Virus record (IMG/VR): IMGVR_UViG_3300009012_000003
Location: 1 to 44,857 of that record
DNA: 44,857 nt
Source: a virus
Strand: one strand, 5' to 3'
Under the pieces are notes generated by a model. The model was not told the origin of the DNA. It saw only the letters and a program-made list of their open reading frames with translations, and made no database searches. Below are positions 41,614 to 44,857 of this stretch, one piece after another. Both the position numbers and the translations under genes were made by a program. Each line of letters begins with the position of its first letter. Within the stretch, counting starts at the first letter, position 1.

Positions 41614-42195
41614 ATGCTGTTCAAGACTGCAATCGCAGCACTCACCGCCATGGCCGCGCTCGTGCTGGCACCCGCCGCCCACGCTCTCACCACCCTCTCT
41701 GGCGTAACCTGGACCGGCACCGCAACCGGCATCACTGTCACCGCCACGGTCAGCGACGCCGCGACACTTGGTGCGTGCGGTGGCTGGGGCTACAAACTGG
41801 GCTTCGCCCCCGCCGGCGCCACCTATAGCTACTTCGTGACGCAGGACGGCGCCACCGGTGACATCATCCGCACTGACACCGAGGGCATCATTGGCCACGC
41901 CACGGTCAGCAGCGGGGGCCAGCTGCTCACGATCGACCTGCCGACCGCGGTGATCGGCCGCCCTACCGATCTCGCGTGGCAGCTCGACAGCTACAACCTG
42001 GGCGACGGTGTGACCGCACCGTGCGAAGCGCTCTGGTACACGTTCCGCTCGCAGGGTGGTCAGGCGCTCGTGAGCTATCCTGCGGCGGCGCCCACCAACC
42101 GCGGCAAGCACCGTGGCGGGGGCGGGCGCACTGCCGCACCCACCACTCTGCGCGGTCGCACCACCTGGTCCGCACTCAAGCTCCACTATCGCTAA
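41614..42195 (+). CDS. Secreted protein with Sec-type signal peptide (193 aa)
   Basis: MLFKTAIAALTAMAALVLAPAAHA-LTT (AXA cleavage-type site). GGGGGACAC leader. Confidence 0.6.
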   Translation: MLFKTAIAALTAMAALVLAPAAHALTTLSGVTWTGTATGITVTATVSDAATLGACGGWGYKLGFAPAGATYSYFVTQDGATGDIIRTDTEGIIGHATVSSGGQLLTIDLPTAVIGRPTDLAWQLDSYNLGDGVTAPCEALWYTFRSQGGQALVSYPAAAPTNRGKHRGGGGRTAAPTTLRGRTTWSALKLHYR

Positions 42196-42216
42196 CTCAC
42201 CGACTGGGGGACACGC

Positions 42217-42399
42217 TTGCCGCACATTGACTGCTGCAACGAAATGCACCACGCCCAAACGCAGGGCACCGACACCGAGGGCTACGCACCCCTCGTCTAC
42301 TACGATCGTGTGTTCCGCGGATTCATCACCGGCAGCAGCCTGCCGCCGCTCAAGTTCTGTCCCTGGTGCGGCAAGCATGTCGCCGTAGGGCCAACGTGA
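42217..42399 (+). CDS. Small Cys-rich protein (CC...CPWCG)
   Basis: TTG 42217 is preceded by the same CTGGGGGACAC leader as the previous gene. Confidence 0.45.
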   Translation: MPHIDCCNEMHHAQTQGTDTEGYAPLVYYDRVFRGFITGSSLPPLKFCPWCGKHVAVGPT

Positions 42400-43007
42400 T
42401 TGCGCACCTGCTGGCGGTGCTGCTGCTCGCGCTTGCGCACCGCGACTCCCTGCCGCCCGGCGCACGCATGGTCATTATCCAGCACGACCACCCCACGAAC
42501 CTGGGCCGCATGATCGACACGCTGTTTGAGATACCCGCGCGCCCGCGCCCACGCCACGCCGTCGGTATCGCGCTGCGGGGCGAGCTGACGATCTTCAACG
42601 CCGCCATGGCTGCCCTCACCGGCGCCACCGGCGGCGAAACCGACACCTTCACCGTGCAGCTGCCCAGCGTACGCGAGGCGCTGATGCAGCTCCACGTGGG
42701 CGGCGCTACGCTCAAGCTGCGCGCCGTGCGCGACACGGTGATCCCGCCCTGGGTCACGGGGCAGCCGCCAGCACTACCGGGCGTCGCGTGGCGCGCTCGC
42801 ATGTACCTGCGCGACACGCTTTTGATGTGGGGTTACGACGCAGACGGCGCCTGGGAGGGACACCTGGCGCTACACACAACCACACCCACGGGGCGCGACA
42901 CGACCTACCAAGGCGTCTGGCGCACGTTCGGCCCCGCTACCGCGCTGCCGGCGCGCCGCCACGGGCCGCCGCGGCAAATCAAGTTCAAACCGGCCGATCG
43001 GAGATAG
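42396..43007 (+). CDS. Protein with N-terminal hydrophobic signal/anchor (203 aa)
   Basis: GTG 42396 overlaps the upstream stop (GTGA). N-terminus VIAHLLAVLLLALAH. Confidence 0.5.
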   Translation: MIAHLLAVLLLALAHRDSLPPGARMVIIQHDHPTNLGRMIDTLFEIPARPRPRHAVGIALRGELTIFNAAMAALTGATGGETDTFTVQLPSVREALMQLHVGGATLKLRAVRDTVIPPWVTGQPPALPGVAWRARMYLRDTLLMWGYDADGAWEGHLALHTTTPTGRDTTYQGVWRTFGPATALPARRHGPPRQIKFKPADRR

Positions 43008-43011
43008 CACC

Positions 43012-43149
43012 ATGCAGAGTTACAACTTCCTGAGCCTGCTGATTGCGGGTATCGCGTTCGGAATGGGCTTCACCGTGGGCGCCGGTGTCATCACCGGGCT
43101 CGCAGCGCCCGCGCTGATGGCGATCTTCCATCGCGTCAAACCCGACTAG
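43012..43149 (+). CDS. 45-aa membrane peptide (not in ORF track)
   Basis: GGAGA lies 7 nt upstream of ATG 43012. Hand translation: MQSYNFLSLLIAGIAFGMGFTVGAGVITGLAAPALMAIFHRVKPD. Confidence 0.5.
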   Translation: MQSYNFLSLLIAGIAFGMGFTVGAGVITGLAAPALMAIFHRVKPD

Positions 43150-43164
43150 CGCACCGCGTGCGCC

Positions 43165-43503
43165 ATGAGCCCCGAGCTGCTTGAGCTGAACGGCGGGCGC
43201 AATTCCAGCCCGCTCGTGATGTTCGCCAAGCGCACCGGCATTGTGGCGGGCGCCGCAATCGCGGTCTACACGCTGTGGGGTATCGTGACGCGCTTGGTCA
43301 TGCTACCGATCGAGGCTGAGATTGCGCGCCAAGTCACCGAAGAGCGCGTGGCGCGCACCCAGGCTGACGACCACATCGTGGACGCGCTCAAGTCGTTCAA
43401 GAAGGGCCTCGTGATGCCGCACAACATCCATGTGATCGTGCGCGACACGGTGCGCGTGGCGCAAACGCACGGCGCACTGGGACCACGGCTGTTCGGGCGC
43501 TGA
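43165..43503 (+). CDS. N-terminally anchored membrane protein with charged helical ectodomain (112 aa)
   Basis: TM helix GIVAGAAIAVYTLWGIVTRLVML followed by EAEIARQVTEERVARTQADD. Last gene of the rightward arm. Confidence 0.55.
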   Translation: MSPELLELNGGRNSSPLVMFAKRTGIVAGAAIAVYTLWGIVTRLVMLPIEAEIARQVTEERVARTQADDHIVDALKSFKKGLVMPHNIHVIVRDTVRVAQTHGALGPRLFGR

Positions 43504-43511
43504 CCGCACTG

Positions 43512-43530
43512 GCTAGCGATTCTCGCTGGC
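43512..43530. terminator. Short hairpin at the convergence point of the two arms
   Basis: 8 pairs (one G-U) with a 3-nt loop, GCTAGCGA-ttc-TCGCTGGC. Lies between/over the two converging stop codons. No U tract. Confidence 0.25.
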
Positions 43531-43701
43531 GTGGCGCTTGAGCGCCCGCCGCACCGCCTCCGCCACCAGCCGCTGCTCGCGTCGCTTGATGAACGCCTCC
43601 AGCCGGATCAGCAGCTCGTCGCGCGCATCGCCATCTAGCTCGACGTGTACTGTGTCGAGCAGAAACCCGAGCGTCTCGCGCACGGTGCGCTGCACCATCA
43701 T
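43513..43701 (-). CDS. Hypothetical small helical protein (62 aa); last gene of the leftward arm
   Basis: ATGA overlap with the upstream gene. Confidence 0.5.
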   Translation of the reverse strand: MMVQRTVRETLGFLLDTVHVELDGDARDELLIRLEAFIKRREQRLVAEAVRRALKRHASENR

Positions 43702-43874
43702 GGCTTGCGCGCCACGTCCGCGCGCGCCTGTGCATCCAGCAGCTCCCAGATGCGCCGCAGCTCTACCGCCACCAGCGCCAGCGCCGCCACGATCGCCTTC
43801 GCGTCCTGCCCATGCGCGAACCTGAATATCGACTCACCCGCCACGCGCGGATCTTCGTCCTGGTGGATGCTCAT
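43698..43874 (-). CDS. Hypothetical small protein (58 aa)
   Basis: ATG 43874 overlaps the endolysin stop (ATGA). Begins MSIHQDEDP. Confidence 0.5.
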   Translation of the reverse strand: MSIHQDEDPRVAGESIFRFAHGQDAKAIVAALALVAVELRRIWELLDAQARADVARKP

Positions 43875-44398
43875 GGCAGCTGCGGCTCCATGAACTCTGC
43901 ACATCTACTTAGCCAACCTGCCGCAAACACTGCCTGCGTGTGGTCCGCCGCGATCAGTCGCCCATACAGCCGGATGCGCTCACCCAGCACGCGGTAGTAC
44001 ACGCTCCCCTGCACCGCCGCCACCAGCGTCGAGTTGAGCGCCTTCAGCGTCTGCGGTCCCCAGATCCCGTCACCCGCGAGGCCCAGTGCGCGCTGCACGA
44101 TCAGTGCACTGCCGCGCAGCCCATGCGCTACCGCCATGTCCACGCACAGGGCGCGCAGCTGCGGGTCGCGCACCTGGTCGATCCCCGGCCCTTCCACGTA
44201 GCGTGCGCGCAATATGATGCGCGCCTCGGTCTCGTCCAGCGCCTTCACGGCGTCCACGCCGAGCGCTTGCGCGTGGTGCCAGTCGCGCAACGTGGCAAGC
44301 GTGATGCCATACTTGGTAGGCCCCCCGTGGTCGAGCGGTGCATCCACGAACGCCCCCTCGCGCGTGATCACGTCGCTCAGGATGTCGTCGGTGGTCAT
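43871..44398 (-). CDS. Endolysin: GH108-type muramidase with PG_binding_3-like C-terminal domain
   Basis: ITREGAFVDAPLDHGGPTKYGIT (GH108 signature), GDGIWGPQTLKAL, AAGWLSR. ATG 44398 is preferred over the 233-aa track ORF. Confidence 0.8.
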   Translation of the reverse strand: MTTDDILSDVITREGAFVDAPLDHGGPTKYGITLATLRDWHHAQALGVDAVKALDETEARIILRARYVEGPGIDQVRDPQLRALCVDMAVAHGLRGSALIVQRALGLAGDGIWGPQTLKALNSTLVAAVQGSVYYRVLGERIRLYGRLIAADHTQAVFAAGWLSRCAEFMEPQLP

Positions 44399-44547
44399 AA
44401 TGGCGATAGCTTGCGCGCCAGTGGCCAGAACTCGATCCACAGTGGTCCCAGCGCTACGCACCACACGACCATGCCACCATGCGGCAGCACGAGTCCCACG
44501 GTCCAGTTCTGCCAGCACCACCGTACCTGCAGCTTGCGCATGTGCAT
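44395..44547 (-). CDS. 50-aa Trp-rich membrane peptide directly upstream of the endolysin (holin/lysis-regulator candidate; not in ORF track)
   Basis: Hand translation: MHMRKLQVRWCWQNWTVGLVLPHGGMVVWCVALGPLWIEFWPLARKLSPL. TAATG overlap at the start and ATGA overlap with the endolysin start. Confidence 0.55.
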   Translation of the reverse strand: MHMRKLQVRWCWQNWTVGLVLPHGGMVVWCVALGPLWIEFWPLARKLSPL

Positions 44548-44816
44548 TAGTGCACCGGCTCGTCGCCGGCATCGTCAGCGCCAGGTGGCACCGTGCCGGC
44601 GTGCATCTCTAGCGCTGCGCGCAGCTCGCGCACCAGCTCCACGTCACTCGCATCATCAGTCGCCACCGCCACTGCCTGCACCGCATCCCCGACCGCGCGC
44701 AGCCCCACGAGCACCAGTGTGCCGGGACGCTCATGGGCGCGCTTCAAGCACGCCACCACGAGCTGGATCGCCTTCTGCTCCAGTGACTTGCGTGACGCGT
44801 TGGCGCGGCGGCTCAC
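44547..44816 (-). CDS. Hypothetical protein (89 aa); its GTG start lies in the terminal duplication
   Basis: GTG 44816 equals position 82 of the left copy. It overlaps the polymerase TGA (79-81) as GTGA once the circle is closed. Confidence 0.55.
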   Translation of the reverse strand: MSRRANASRKSLEQKAIQLVVACLKRAHERPGTLVLVGLRAVGDAVQAVAVATDDASDVELVRELRAALEMHAGTVPPGADDAGDEPVH

Positions 44817-44857
44817 GGCGTCACCTCCGTCATGCTATCCTTGTTCCAGTTCGGACC
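44735..44857. repeat. Terminal direct duplication, right copy (identical to 1..123)
   Basis: Read directly, 123/123 identical. Confidence 0.95.

Noticed and set aside
43871-44572. Full 233-aa track ORF as the endolysin gene
   Set aside because: The first 58 residues are Ala/Arg/Thr-rich and precede the conserved GH108 N-terminus. The same DNA in another frame gives a tightly coupled 50-aa membrane ORF, so I start the endolysin at ATG 44398.

Overview
This 44,857-nt, high-GC window (roughly two-thirds G+C by eye) reads as one complete, circularly closed tailed-phage genome. Bases 1-123 are repeated exactly at 44735-44857, so the unique length is 44,734 bp, and the junction falls inside coding sequence. 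Coding is very dense, with many ATGA/GTGA 4-nt start-stop overlaps and GGAGG-type ribosome sites. Genes form two divergent arms that leave an ORF-poor ~0.93-kb control region (16332-17266) and converge at 43503/43513. The leftward arm runs from 16331 down to 1 and continues through the junction to 43513. It carries small early genes, a DUF932-like protein, an AAA_25/DnaB-like helicase, Zn-ribbon proteins, a Cas4-like nuclease, a membrane/lipoprotein trio and a Sak4-like ATPase. It continues with a MoxR-type AAA+ / VWA-metallopeptidase cassette with two membrane partners, a family-A DNA polymerase with an extra N-terminal domain, a Trp-rich membrane peptide and a GH108-type endolysin. The rightward arm (about 17267-43503) carries small proteins, large terminase, a SAM-methyltransferase, portal, scaffold, major capsid and a GT-B glycosyltransferase. 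It then carries adaptor/nozzle-like and fibre-like proteins, internal-virion-like proteins, three small basic paralogs and a terminal block of exported/membrane proteins. I recognise no tRNA, rRNA, CRISPR array, integrase, repressor or phage RNA polymerase. The working inference is a virulent podovirus-like phage that uses host RNA polymerase. Most long track ORFs lying antisense or out of frame to these genes are Arg/Ala/Gly/Pro-rich GC shadows. All family assignments are motif recognition by eye, not database searches.
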